Shown: positions 16,910-27,130, counted from the first letter of the stretch. The stretch is 39,829 nucleotides of DNA from a virus (IMGVR_UViG_3300007983_000008:1-39829), one strand, 5' to 3'. Notes: generated from the sequence alone by a model not told the origin. Made by a program: numbers and translations.

Positions 16910-18462
16910 TGTCTAAATTCGTTAAATGGCATGGGCAAAAATTTAAAATTACTAATGAAGATGATCAATTTGTAACATTAGAAGGATATGGTTACAAAAA
17001 GAGGGTTAGAAAAGAAGAAGTAATTTATGAAGATGAAATTGAAGATGATTTAATTGATTCATTACCTGAGGATCAATTACCTAATGAAAGACCAATAGAT
17101 GATTTAAAAGACGAATATGATGTAGATGATGGTCTAAAGTTAAGCGAAGATGATATAATAAGCCAAGTTGATCCAGCAACTGCCAAAAGAATCGCATCAT
17201 TAAATCAAGATAAAGCTAAATTAAAAGATAAAGAATCTCAAATTGATAGTAAAATTTCTTCTTTATCAAAATCAGGAATGAAGAAAAAAGAAGCTGAAGA
17301 AAAAAGAAATAGACAAGAACGTGAACAAATGTACAAACAAACAGATATAGATCAAACTGATCCAGTAATGGAAACTGAAGGAGAAAATCAAATGGAACGA
17401 GAACCAAGAGATTTAGGAAATAAAGATACTACCATGCCATCTTCTACAAGGGATAAATATGATGAATTTAATGTAGATGTAGATTCTGTAACTCCTTCTG
17501 ATATTAAAAAGACAAATAATGAAAGATTAAAATATGCATTAGAAGGTCTTAGAACTAATATTTTAGAAAAATTAAATGAATTCGATGATATGTTAGGAGA
17601 AGAAGATGATTCTGATGTATTTGAAGAAAATGTTGTAGATAATGATATGGAACCTGAAAATGCACAAGTGATTATTGATCCTGATGCAGAAAAACAATCA
17701 CAAGATGTAAATTATAGAAATACTGATAACGATCAAGTTAATTTGGATGTTGATGAGATGTCAGACTTCAACCAAGTAAATGAAAATAATGAATTTGAAA
17801 CTGCTATTAAAGTCGCATATTCGACTATATCACCTCATAACCCTAAACCATTAACAAATATAAGAAAATTTGAAGATGAATTGGGAGAAGAAATAATAAA
17901 TGAATTACTATCTAAAAACATAAAAGTATGGGAAGATGTAATAGGATTTGCAAACGATTATGGATTTTCTGTGGATCAACTTGATGAATGTGGTACTGCG
18001 GCAGTTGCAGGTCCTGGAGTTGCAGATGGAACTGTAAGCCAATCAATTAATGCGACTCAAGGTATTGCTGATGTTCCAAGTCCATTAGGAATGAAACGTA
18101 GAGATATAAATCAATACAATGAATCAATTAAAGAATACTTTAAGATTGAAGACGAATTCATTCTTAATGAAGGAAGAGGACAATCTGCACTTAATCGACA
18201 TTGGTTAGCAGATAAAGTAGAAGAAAGTATTGATCCGTTAACTGAATCTGAATGTTCAACTTTCCAAAGAAGAAAAGCTAGAAGAAATGCTATTGGAAAT
18301 AATGCAACTCTTAGAGAATGTGCATGTTTTATTGCAGAAAACAAATTCAGTTGTGATGAAGGTAAATATGTTCCACGCGAAAAGCCTTTACAAGATGATG
18401 TAGTTCTTGAATCTTTAAAGAAACATAATTCTAAATTAATGAGAAGATTTAGAAAAGCTTGA
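16909..18462 (+). CDS. Acidic hypothetical protein containing a copy of the major-capsid N-arm; probable head protein
   Basis: Long acidic ORF with many L/I-X-E motifs; residues 358-387 are 21/30 identical to gp23 residues 44-73. Confidence 0.7.
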   Translation: MSKFVKWHGQKFKITNEDDQFVTLEGYGYKKRVRKEEVIYEDEIEDDLIDSLPEDQLPNERPIDDLKDEYDVDDGLKLSEDDIISQVDPATAKRIASLNQDKAKLKDKESQIDSKISSLSKSGMKKKEAEEKRNRQEREQMYKQTDIDQTDPVMETEGENQMEREPRDLGNKDTTMPSSTRDKYDEFNVDVDSVTPSDIKKTNNERLKYALEGLRTNILEKLNEFDDMLGEEDDSDVFEENVVDNDMEPENAQVIIDPDAEKQSQDVNYRNTDNDQVNLDVDEMSDFNQVNENNEFETAIKVAYSTISPHNPKPLTNIRKFEDELGEEIINELLSKNIKVWEDVIGFANDYGFSVDQLDECGTAAVAGPGVADGTVSQSINATQGIADVPSPLGMKRRDINQYNESIKEYFKIEDEFILNEGRGQSALNRHWLADKVEESIDPLTESECSTFQRRKARRNAIGNNATLRECACFIAENKFSCDEGKYVPREKPLQDDVVLESLKKHNSKLMRRFRKA

Positions 18463-18508
18463 ACTATTAGAATAATCAGTTATAATAATCTCCATATAGA
18501 ATTGGAGA
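18459..18508 (+). promoter_or_regulatory. Sigma70-type promoter for rnh with SD-sequestering hairpin
   Basis: TTGAAC-N16-TATAAT(18481-86); TCTCCA(18489-94) pairs with TGGAGA(18503-08). Confidence 0.55.
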
Positions 18509-18512
18509 AACA

Positions 18513-19550
18513 ATGAAAAATTTATTAATAGATTTTAATCATATGGCATACCGTAGTTTTTTTGCTTGCCGTAAAGATATAGAAGATGTAGGATGGGGTT
18601 ATTTTAAACATGTAATGTATAACTCTATTTTTTCATTTTGTCATAAATTTGAACCTGATCAAGTCATTGTAGCAGCAGATAGTAAACAAAATTGGCGAAG
18701 AAAGATTTATCCTGAATACAAAAGAAATAGAAAAGAAAAAAGAGATGCTCAAGATGATATAGATTGGGATAGTATGTTTAATGCCATGGATGAATTACTA
18801 AAAGAAATGAAGTTGTATTTTCCTTTTATGGTAATTCGTATTCAATATATGGAAGCTGATGATATTATAGGCGCATATGTTCGTTTACACCAAGATGAAA
18901 ATTCTACTATTATTACATCAGATGGAGACTATGTTCAACTTCTTCGGTATAAAAATGTTAAAGTTTATGATCCAATGAAATGTAAATTCATGAAAACAGA
19001 TGATCCGCTGAAAGCATTAAAAGTAAAAATTCTTCATGGTGATGCCGGCGATAACATTCCAAATATTATTAAGAGAATGATGAAAGATCCTTCTGTTAAA
19101 AAACGTTTAGGAGAAAAAACTGCTGAAAAATATGTAGAAGATAATTCAAAATTGCAAGCTTTATATGAAGATAAGACAGTCTTAACTGAACAAATCTTAA
19201 ATGAAAATGGTGATCCTGAAATTGATGAAGAAGGAAATGAAAAGGTTTCTCCTATTTTAATAAAAGAAACTGTCGATGGAGAAGAAAAGGAAGTTCCTTT
19301 AACTTTAGGAAAACAAGCTAAGATTGGATTTAAAAGGAATTCTATATTAATCGATTTAACTCATATTCCCGAGAAATTAGTTAAAATTTTAGAACAAACA
19401 GTAGAAGATTATGAACCTGCATCAGGTAAAGATATTTTTCAATATTTTGCTAAAAATAAATTTAGAGAATTTGTTAATAAAATGGATTATGTTGAAAAAG
19501 CAATTAATCCTGTAATCGAATATAACAAACAAAGAGAAATTTTCCAATGA
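18513..19550 (+). CDS. rnh: T4 RNase H-like 5'-3' exonuclease (FEN family)
   Basis: LLIDFN, WRRKIYPEYKRNR, EADDII, TSDGDYVQL, GDAGDNIPN, LGEKTA. Confidence 0.93.
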   Translation: MKNLLIDFNHMAYRSFFACRKDIEDVGWGYFKHVMYNSIFSFCHKFEPDQVIVAADSKQNWRRKIYPEYKRNRKEKRDAQDDIDWDSMFNAMDELLKEMKLYFPFMVIRIQYMEADDIIGAYVRLHQDENSTIITSDGDYVQLLRYKNVKVYDPMKCKFMKTDDPLKALKVKILHGDAGDNIPNIIKRMMKDPSVKKRLGEKTAEKYVEDNSKLQALYEDKTVLTEQILNENGDPEIDEEGNEKVSPILIKETVDGEEKEVPLTLGKQAKIGFKRNSILIDLTHIPEKLVKILEQTVEDYEPASGKDIFQYFAKNKFREFVNKMDYVEKAINPVIEYNKQREIFQ

Positions 19551-19945
19551 GTTCTTTCATCCCTTTAACTTACTCTTCTTCTCAAGATGTGATGTATGTT
19601 ATTTATCATTCTGAATCAGAAGAAGAAAAAATGGTTCAATATTTTTTAAAATCTTATTACGAAAAAAGTTTGGATAAAATTTTAGATAGACACATTAATA
19701 ATGCGTTTTATGAATATAAGTTTAATCATTCCAATGTTTTAAAAAATATTAACAAATTAGACAAAACAATAGATACTTATGTTAGATATGAGTTAGAAAA
19801 AATTTATAATATATTAGGATACTCTCAAATATATATTGAAACATATTTAGATAAAGAAAAAATAGGTATTTTTGAATATTTTATTATAAAAGTAAAAATT
19901 AGAATTGACGATAAAGAGTTTTGGAAAGAAATTAGGGATATATAA
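19547..19945 (+). CDS. Hypothetical protein
   Basis: ATGA overlap with the rnh stop codon. Confidence 0.6.
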   Translation: MSSFIPLTYSSSQDVMYVIYHSESEEEKMVQYFLKSYYEKSLDKILDRHINNAFYEYKFNHSNVLKNINKLDKTIDTYVRYELEKIYNILGYSQIYIETYLDKEKIGIFEYFIIKVKIRIDDKEFWKEIRDI

Positions 19946-19948
19946 TTG

Positions 19949-20413
19949 TTAACAAATATTTAATTCATTTTCAGTTATTAATCTAAAATTTATATCTCTT
20001 TTATCACAAAATGATTGTGCAGCTTTCCATTTAGCTTGATTTATAGCCCAAGTTTTTTTCTCGTAGAGAATAGTCTTGGGTTTTTTATTGCCGTGTTTTT
20101 TTGGTGGTAAAGTTTCTCGTTTTGGCTTTACTTCTATTAAATCAATTTGGTAATCATTATTTTTAGTTCTATATTTAATTAAAAAATCTGGATAGTAACG
20201 GGCAGGTCTACCTGTTAAAGGATGTATATATCCTATAGCTAGAGCTTCAGAACTCCATTCTAAAACTGCTTCAGTTTTATCTAAAAATCTCATAAATTTT
20301 AATTCATAACTTGATCGGTATACTGGACTTTTACTACCTTTATATTTTTCTGGGTTCTCAGGAACATAAATTCCTTTTTTAAATTTACTTCTCCTACCTC
20401 TATTATTCTTCAT
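19949..20413 (-). CDS. gp4: Head completion nuclease gp4 (TnsA-like)
   Basis: NPEKYKG, YRSSYELKFM, WSSE, YYPDF, IEVKP, INQAKWKAA, FRLITE. Confidence 0.93.
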   Translation of the reverse strand: MKNNRGRRSKFKKGIYVPENPEKYKGSKSPVYRSSYELKFMRFLDKTEAVLEWSSEALAIGYIHPLTGRPARYYPDFLIKYRTKNNDYQIDLIEVKPKRETLPPKKHGNKKPKTILYEKKTWAINQAKWKAAQSFCDKRDINFRLITENELNIC

Positions 20414-20454
20414 GTAGTTCCTTTTTATTTAAGTTATTACTTCCCGTCAATTCA

Positions 20455-20462
20455 TATAAATA
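20455..20462 (+). promoter_or_regulatory. T4-type late promoter for the portal operon
   Basis: TATAAATA 80 nt upstream of the portal ATG. Confidence 0.75.
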
Positions 20463-20541
20463 TTATCTATGAATAATATTTATTGATTTTAGGAGCGAGA
20501 ATTCGGGTTTTTGTGCTAAAATTTAATAAGGAGCGAACTAC

Positions 20542-22173
20542 ATGGCCGATCTCTTTAGAAAAGTTGTTCAACCATTTGTACGAAGAAATAGATGGACTAA
20601 ATCTCAACAACAACAACATTTTAAGCGACTATACAATACATTTGATAACCAAGGTGATAAATATAAACGAGAACCTATACCTGGTGCCACTGACATGGAA
20701 GACGTTACAACTGTGTCTTCTGCTGAATTCCAAAGACAAGCAGGTCATTGGAATAATTTCGTATATACTGCTGAACCTGGTAAAATAAATCGTTTAAAAG
20801 TTTGGAGGGATATGTCATTCTTCCCTGATATTTCTTTCTGTTTAGGTGAAATTGAAGATGAAGCAATAAACTTTGATGATCAAAATAAATTTATTTCACT
20901 TGAAGTTACAAATAAAAGATTACTTCAAAATGAAAATATTATAGCAAATTTAAACAGAGAATGGAATTACATTATTAATGATGTAATGGATGCAAATATG
21001 AATGTCAATGAATGGTTCTCTGAATTTATGATAGATGGGGAAATATTCTTTGAAAAAATTGTAGATCCTGTAACTGCAAGAGATAGAGGTATATTACGGG
21101 TTAAAAGATTGAGACCTGAATATACTTATCCAATTTGGGAAGAAATTGAATCAGAAGACGTTCATCAATTTATTCATAAATCTGATGACAATATTTTAAT
21201 TATGCCACCTGAAATGGTAGCATATGCAAATTCTGGAATCTATGCATATGAAGATAGATTTACGAAAACAGTTCTTTCTTGGTTAGAAAGAGCAAAAGTT
21301 GACTATAGAAAATTAAAACAAATGGAAGACTCATTGGTCATTTATCGTATGGTAAAAGCACCAGAACGTAGAGTTTTCAAAATTGAAGTTGGTAAATTAC
21401 CAAAACAAAAAGCTGAAGCATATACTAGAGAATTGATGAGAAAATATCGTCAAAGAAAAACATATGATCCTGAATCTGGTGATGCTGGAGCAATGTATGA
21501 TCCTCAAGCTATGATAGAAGATTTCTTCTTTCCACAACAAGACGGAAAAGGTAGCTCAGTAGAGACCTTACCAGGAGGAGAAAATCTTGGTCAGATTGAT
21601 GATGTTCAATACTTTAGAAAGAAGTTATTTCAAGGATTAAGAGTTCCACTATCTCGCGTTGACGAAGAATCTGGATTCTCTCTTGGTGATACTTCAGATA
21701 TAACCAGAGACGAAGTTCGTTTCTCAAAAATGACTCAAAAATATACAAATAGATTTGCAGATATATTTACTCAAATATATATGAGTCATTTGAGACTAAA
21801 AGGTTATGCAGATGAATTCAATATATCTGAAAGTGATATTAGAGTTAAGTTGCACAAAGATAATCTTTTCCAAGAGTATTTGGAATCTAATATTATTGCT
21901 ATTCGATCAGAAAATCTAGAGAAACTTATGCCATACGCAGAAGTTGATGAAGAAGGTGAAACCCCATTATTATCTAAGAAGTTTTTAATGAAGAGATTCT
22001 TAAAACTTTCAACTGAAGATTGGGAAGAAAATGAAAAGTATTTAGAAATGGAAGAACAAAAACGTCTTGAAAGTGGATCAAGTGGCGGTGGAGAAGATAG
22101 TGATCTAGGTGATCTTGGAGATTTAGAAAACTTAGGTGATGAAGGCGAAGAAGACTTAGAAAGTTTTGCATAA
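20542..22173 (+). CDS. gp20: Portal vertex protein gp20
   Basis: LKQMEDSLVIYRMVKAPERRVFKIEVGKLPKQKAE, EDFFFP, TLPGGENLGQIDDVQYF, ITRDEVRF. Confidence 0.97.
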   Translation: MADLFRKVVQPFVRRNRWTKSQQQQHFKRLYNTFDNQGDKYKREPIPGATDMEDVTTVSSAEFQRQAGHWNNFVYTAEPGKINRLKVWRDMSFFPDISFCLGEIEDEAINFDDQNKFISLEVTNKRLLQNENIIANLNREWNYIINDVMDANMNVNEWFSEFMIDGEIFFEKIVDPVTARDRGILRVKRLRPEYTYPIWEEIESEDVHQFIHKSDDNILIMPPEMVAYANSGIYAYEDRFTKTVLSWLERAKVDYRKLKQMEDSLVIYRMVKAPERRVFKIEVGKLPKQKAEAYTRELMRKYRQRKTYDPESGDAGAMYDPQAMIEDFFFPQQDGKGSSVETLPGGENLGQIDDVQYFRKKLFQGLRVPLSRVDEESGFSLGDTSDITRDEVRFSKMTQKYTNRFADIFTQIYMSHLRLKGYADEFNISESDIRVKLHKDNLFQEYLESNIIAIRSENLEKLMPYAEVDEEGETPLLSKKFLMKRFLKLSTEDWEENEKYLEMEEQKRLESGSSGGGEDSDLGDLGDLENLGDEGEEDLESFA

Positions 22174-22196
22174 TAAATAACTAATAGGAGAAAAAA

Positions 22197-22391
22197 ATGG
22201 CAAACGAAGCATTGAAAAATTTTTTATCAGCAATAGCAAAGGATGATTATATCGAAGCAGATAAACATTTCCCAGATGTTGTACAAAATTCAATACATAA
22301 TGTTATAAATAATCGTAAACCCGCTATTTTAGATGGAATAAATTCCAAAGTGAATGAAGTTGCATCAAAAGTAGCGATTAAAGAGGATTAA
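22197..22391 (+). CDS. Small prohead core protein (gp67-like)
   Basis: Size, helical character and position between portal and protease. Confidence 0.6.
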   Translation: MANEALKNFLSAIAKDDYIEADKHFPDVVQNSIHNVINNRKPAILDGINSKVNEVASKVAIKED

Positions 22392-22394
22392 TAA

Positions 22395-23102
22395 ATGACA
22401 TTGATACTTATTACTGAGGCAGAAAATTATTTCGATAGACCTATGGAAACTATCGTGGAACAAACACGATTAGAAGATGGTTCTGTTGGAAAAGAATATT
22501 TCATTGAAGGTCCTTTTATTCAAACTGAAATTAAAAATAGAAATGGAAGAAATTATGGACGACCATTGATGGAACAATGTGTTAATAAGTATAAGCAAGA
22601 AAGAATGGATCCAAATTTTGGTCTCCGTTCTTTTGGCGAATTGGGACATCCTGAAGGGGTTGAAATTAACTTAGATAAAGTTTGTATGTATACTACATCT
22701 CTTGAATGGCAAGGTAATGATTGTATTGGTAAAGCAAAAGTATTAAAGAATCATCCTTGTGGCAGAATTTTACAGACATTTTTGGATGATAAATTGAGAG
22801 TTGGGGTTTCTACTAGAGGTCTTGGAGCATTATCAGAAGATGAAAACCCTGATGGATCAAAAGATGTAGATTCATATGAAATGATTGCAATTGATTCAGT
22901 TGCTGATCCCTCTGCACCAAAAGGTTTTGTAAATGGTATTCTAGAGAATAAAGAATATATAGTTCAAGGAAATGGTGTTATTCTTGAATGCTATGATGGA
23001 CTGGAAAGAAAACTAAGTGTTCTTCCAAACAAATTAGAAGAGAGAGCACAGTATTTCTATGATTCATTAATTCAATTTTTGGATGGTGTGAAAAAATCTT
23101 AA
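22395..23102 (+). CDS. gp21: Prohead protease gp21
   Basis: IEGPFIQTEIKNRNGRNY, GELGHP, GVSTRGLG, DSVADPSAP. Confidence 0.97.
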   Translation: MTLILITEAENYFDRPMETIVEQTRLEDGSVGKEYFIEGPFIQTEIKNRNGRNYGRPLMEQCVNKYKQERMDPNFGLRSFGELGHPEGVEINLDKVCMYTTSLEWQGNDCIGKAKVLKNHPCGRILQTFLDDKLRVGVSTRGLGALSEDENPDGSKDVDSYEMIAIDSVADPSAPKGFVNGILENKEYIVQGNGVILECYDGLERKLSVLPNKLEERAQYFYDSLIQFLDGVKKS

Positions 23103-23120
23103 AAACAAATCAATTACATT

Positions 23121-23128
23121 TATAAATA
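23121..23128 (+). promoter_or_regulatory. T4-type late promoter for gp22-gp23
   Basis: TATAAATA upstream of AGGAG and ATG 23164. Confidence 0.8.
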
Positions 23129-23163
23129 ATTGGTGTTATATCTATAATATAGGAGACGCTGAA

Positions 23164-24291
23164 ATGGCAAAGTCAGAAAATAAAGCAAATAACGTTCTAG
23201 AAGCATTGTTAGAAGGAACTGACTATGCAGAAGTTTTGACCGAACAACAAAGATCAAAACTTACTGAGTTAATCAATGAAACTGTTGATGCTAGAGTAGT
23301 TGCTAAAGAAACTCTTCTTAAAGAAGAATTTGAGAAGAAAGAAACTGAACTTAAAGAATCAGTTGATGCTGAAAAACAGCGCCTTCTAGCTGAAGCTGAA
23401 GAGAATGAAAAGGTTCTCGTTGAACAAGCTGAAGCTTATAAAACAGAAGTTGCTGAATCTGCAATTCGTCAGACCAAAGAATGGAAGACTTTAGCAGAAA
23501 GCAAATTATCTGAAAAAGCAGAACTTCATAAAGAAAAAATCGAAGAGTTGGTCTATGAACAGGCTAAACTCTACAAAGAAAAGAAAGATGCGGCCCTTGT
23601 AGAAGAGGTTAAAAAGTTTAAGGGTGATATGATCGAAAAAGTTAGTGACTATATGGAAGCTAAACTTGAAGACATGATCCCAGGTGAAATTTTAGAGGCG
23701 GCAGCTAAATTGGATGTTTATGAACCACTTGTATCAAGTATTATGGAGAGTTTTTCTTCAAACTTTATCAAGTTAGATGATAGTTCATATCAGTTGATTA
23801 AAGAATCAACTGAAAAGATTGATAGTCTTGAGAAATCCTTGCAAGAAGAGAAAAAGAAAAATATTACTCTTATCAAGGAAAAAAGAGAAGTTGAAAGAAA
23901 TGTGAAAATCGAGGCAATCACTGAAGGTCTTACTTCAGACCAAAGATCCAGAGCAAAGAAACTTCTTGAAGGATTTGATGTTGATGAAATTGAATCTCGT
24001 TTCTCAAAAGTAAGAGATATTATTCTCGAATCTGAAAAGAAACCTGAACCAAAGAAACCAACTCCAAAAGTTCAAAAGAAAGAAACTTTGAAAGAGGGTC
24101 AGAAAAAAGAAGAAAATCCAAAGAACACCACTCAGCAAGATGATGCAGTAATCAATATGCAAGTGAAGAACGTTCTTAAAGAAGGAATTGTCGAAGACAA
24201 ACCTTCTAAAAAAGAAGAAGTTCTAAACGAGAGTGATAATCGTGTTCAAACATGGGCAAATAAAGTTCAACCAAGATATTCTAGAGGTTAA
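23164..24291 (+). CDS. gp22: Prohead core scaffold gp22
   Basis: E/K-rich coiled coil, EKVSDYM, TEGLTSDQ; lies between gp21 and gp23. Confidence 0.88.
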   Translation: MAKSENKANNVLEALLEGTDYAEVLTEQQRSKLTELINETVDARVVAKETLLKEEFEKKETELKESVDAEKQRLLAEAEENEKVLVEQAEAYKTEVAESAIRQTKEWKTLAESKLSEKAELHKEKIEELVYEQAKLYKEKKDAALVEEVKKFKGDMIEKVSDYMEAKLEDMIPGEILEAAAKLDVYEPLVSSIMESFSSNFIKLDDSSYQLIKESTEKIDSLEKSLQEEKKKNITLIKEKREVERNVKIEAITEGLTSDQRSRAKKLLEGFDVDEIESRFSKVRDIILESEKKPEPKKPTPKVQKKETLKEGQKKEENPKNTTQQDDAVINMQVKNVLKEGIVEDKPSKKEEVLNESDNRVQTWANKVQPRYSRG

Positions 24292-24344
24292 TCTTTAAGT
24301 CCAAATAAACTAACAAACAAATTTCTACAAGGGAGAAAATAATC

Positions 24345-25706
24345 ATGAAAATGACTACAGAAATGCTTCTTGAAAAGTGGGATCCTATGGTTGCACACAT
24401 CAAGAGCGAAAGAAAGCAGGCTTTAACTGCAAAACTTCTTGAAAACGAAGAAAAATGGTTCAACAAACAGATTCTTTCTGAATCCGGTACTGCAAGTGAA
24501 GCAGGTGCAGGTTGTGCCGATGGTACTGTAAACCAAGCAATCAATGCACAACAAGGTATCGCTAAGTATATGGGTATCGCTATGCCACTCGTAGCTCGCG
24601 TATTCCCAGAACTTATCACTAACGATCTTGTTGGTGTTCAGCCAATGTTCACTCCAGTTGGTCTCGCATATGCTCTTCGCTATCGTTACCAGAGTGGTGA
24701 TGTTGCTGGTGTAGAAGCTGGTTACAACAATGTTTACCAACAGTATTCTGGTTCTGTTGATGCATCCGCTGCAAGCATTACAGCTAATGCTGCTATTGCT
24801 CAGTATGGTAATCAAGAACAGATTGGTGCAGGTGGTACTGTAAGTGATATTACTGGTACTGGTCTCACCCAAGGTGCAAACGCTTACCCAACTGCTTATG
24901 GTGAACGTCTCGATACTCTCAACAAAGTTTGTGGTGGAGAATCTGATGACATTCGTGAAATGGGTCTCACTATCGAGAAGAAAGAGATCACTGCTCACAC
25001 TCGTAAGCTCAAAGCTCGTTGGACTCTTGAAGCCCAACAAGACTTGGCAAACATGCACAATGTTGACGTTGAAGAAGAGTTGACTGACTTGCTCGCATAT
25101 GAAATTGCAGCAGAAATCGACTTGGAAATCAAGAATCGTATCATCTATCGTGCAGTTCAAGGTGGCGTACTCACTTGGAACTATGGTAACGTTGGTGTTG
25201 CTGACGGTACTGCTGATGGACGTTGGGAACAAGAGAAGTTCCGCACTCTCTATACCATCTTCTTGAAGGCATCCAATGAAATCGCAGTAGCAACTCGTCG
25301 TGGTGCTGGTAACTTCATTATCGCTTCCCCAGGTATCGTTGCAGCAGTAGAAGCACTAGACAACTTCTTACTCAGCCCTGTATCTGCAAGCATGAACACT
25401 GAAGTTTCTGGTGTTGCTAAAGTTGGTACTCTTGGTCGTTTCACTGTCTATCGTGACAGCTTCGCAGCAGAAGACTACGCAGTAGTTGGCTACAAGGGAC
25501 CAAAAGACAACGATGCAGGTATCGTTTACTGTCCATACGTTCCAGTCATGTTCAGTCGTACCACTCAGGTTGAAAGTTTCCAACCAGTAATCGGTGTAAT
25601 GACCCGCTATGGAATCTGTGATAACCTCTTCGGTGCAGAAAACTACTATCGCTTCATTAAGATCGTTGGTCTAGAAAACTCCAGCTTGGCTGGATCTAGA
25701 GCTTAA
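24345..25706 (+). CDS. gp23: Major capsid protein gp23
   Basis: LLEKWDP, LVGVQPM, TRKLKARWTLEAQQDL, EIAAEID, TRRGAGNF, YCPYVP, SFQPVIGVMTRYG; strong codon bias. Confidence 0.98.
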   Translation: MKMTTEMLLEKWDPMVAHIKSERKQALTAKLLENEEKWFNKQILSESGTASEAGAGCADGTVNQAINAQQGIAKYMGIAMPLVARVFPELITNDLVGVQPMFTPVGLAYALRYRYQSGDVAGVEAGYNNVYQQYSGSVDASAASITANAAIAQYGNQEQIGAGGTVSDITGTGLTQGANAYPTAYGERLDTLNKVCGGESDDIREMGLTIEKKEITAHTRKLKARWTLEAQQDLANMHNVDVEEELTDLLAYEIAAEIDLEIKNRIIYRAVQGGVLTWNYGNVGVADGTADGRWEQEKFRTLYTIFLKASNEIAVATRRGAGNFIIASPGIVAAVEALDNFLLSPVSASMNTEVSGVAKVGTLGRFTVYRDSFAAEDYAVVGYKGPKDNDAGIVYCPYVPVMFSRTTQVESFQPVIGVMTRYGICDNLFGAENYYRFIKIVGLENSSLAGSRA

Positions 25707-25733
25707 TCATAAACGATTATAAATAAAGCACTT

Positions 25734-25769
25734 AAAATGGGAGTCGGATTTATTCCGACTCCCATTTTT
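25734..25769 (+). terminator. Rho-independent terminator after gp23
   Basis: 15-bp stem AAAATGGGAGTCGGA/TCCGACTCCCATTTT ending in a U tract. Confidence 0.9.
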
Positions 25770-26633
25770 GTTTACAATATATAAAATATTTAATTTTTAG
25801 TAGAAAGTCATGACATGTTAATAATTTTTAGATCTTGAAAGTTTTATTATTTGATTATAGTTATTAAAATGTTATAATATTATAAACATTTAAAGAGTTT
25901 TTGGATGAAAAAATTATTAACTAATGAAATTAAAAACCGATTAAAACTATCATCAGAAAAAACTGGATATATTTATTCTTTAACTGATGATCCTAATTTA
26001 GTGAATGTATATTGCCCTAAACATAATTTTTCTAAATTGCAAAATAAAAATTATGCCTTTCAAGCTAGAAAAATTTCATGTTGTAATAAGTTTTCACCTA
26101 TATCAAAAAAGGATATAGATGAATATATAGAAAAAGTTAAAATAGAAAATCCTATGTGTGAAATAACATACAATGAATTCAATGGATCTAATACTATTGT
26201 GAAAATATATTGTTCTATTCACAAAACAATTAGAAAAATTAAATATAGTTCATTTAAACATAAAATAACAAAATATGCTTGTAATAAATGTTCACATGAA
26301 AAATATAATAGAAATTTTGAATATACTAAATATAAATGGATAAAAAAAGCAAAAGAAGTACATGGAAATAAATACGATTATTCTGAAATGGAAGATAAAG
26401 GTATAAAAAGAACAATTATTTGCAAAAAACATGGACCCTTTGTTCAAAGCATTAGAAATCATGTTTATTATGGAAATGGGTGTCCTAAATGCATAGTAGT
26501 ACCTTCTATAAGTTCTAAAGAAAATGAAATATTTGAATGGTTAGTTTCTATAGGGTTACAAGAAAATATAGATTTTATAATCGGTCCACCAGAAAACCCA
26601 TTACCTAAAGGTAATGGGATGAATGGTGGCTAC

Positions 26634-27035
26634 TTATCCTTGATTTTCAATATACTTCCTGATAGTTTCAGTAGAAGCATCACCAGTAGAACAAACAAAA
26701 TAACCATCACTCCAAAATGTATTTTCTTTCCAGTAACATTTCTTTAGATATGATTGGTGAGTTTTCCATATATTCCAAGTTGTTTCTTGTTTAAGTGACT
26801 TGACAAGTTTTGATGGTGCTAAAGTAGGTGGAATGTCAACTAAAATGTGGATATGGTCTTTGTCAGTTTCCATTTCGTCTATTATCACATCATTTTTAGA
26901 ACAAACATCAAAACAAAATTGCTTAATGTCATTTGCTATATTACTGTTAAGTATTCGTTTTCTATACTTTGTGGCAAACACTAAATGTAGTTTAATCAAA
27001 TACTTATGTCTATTCTTCGTATGATAATCGCTCAT
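26634..27035 (-). CDS. tnpA: Y1 HUH transposase TnpA
   Basis: HLVFATKYRK, DHIHIL (HUH), FWSDGYF, IRKYIENQG (catalytic Tyr). Confidence 0.97.
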   Translation of the reverse strand: MSDYHTKNRHKYLIKLHLVFATKYRKRILNSNIANDIKQFCFDVCSKNDVIIDEMETDKDHIHILVDIPPTLAPSKLVKSLKQETTWNIWKTHQSYLKKCYWKENTFWSDGYFVCSTGDASTETIRKYIENQG

Positions 27036-27048
27036 ACAAAAATTATAT

Positions 27049-27076
27049 TTGACAAACTAAAATAATCAAGTATAAT
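27049..27076 (+). promoter_or_regulatory. Sigma70 promoter for tnpB
   Basis: TTGACA-N16-TATAAT. Confidence 0.7.
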
Positions 27077-27130
27077 TATGTTGTAAGAAAAAAGTTTAAC
27101 AATTTACATAAATCGGCGATAAATACTAAT

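Noticed and set aside
20483-20788. 101-aa ORF overlapping the portal start
   Set aside because: TTG start without SD, out of frame over a conserved gene.
24423-25232. 269-aa antisense ORF and other shadow ORFs over gp23
   Set aside because: Expected from the strong codon bias of the capsid gene; no SD or recognisable motifs.
26579-26747. C-terminal part of the ORF-track call 25905..26747, and ORF 28271..28501 as a separate gene
   Set aside because: The first is read-through into the IS left end; the second is the distal half of the interrupted gene.
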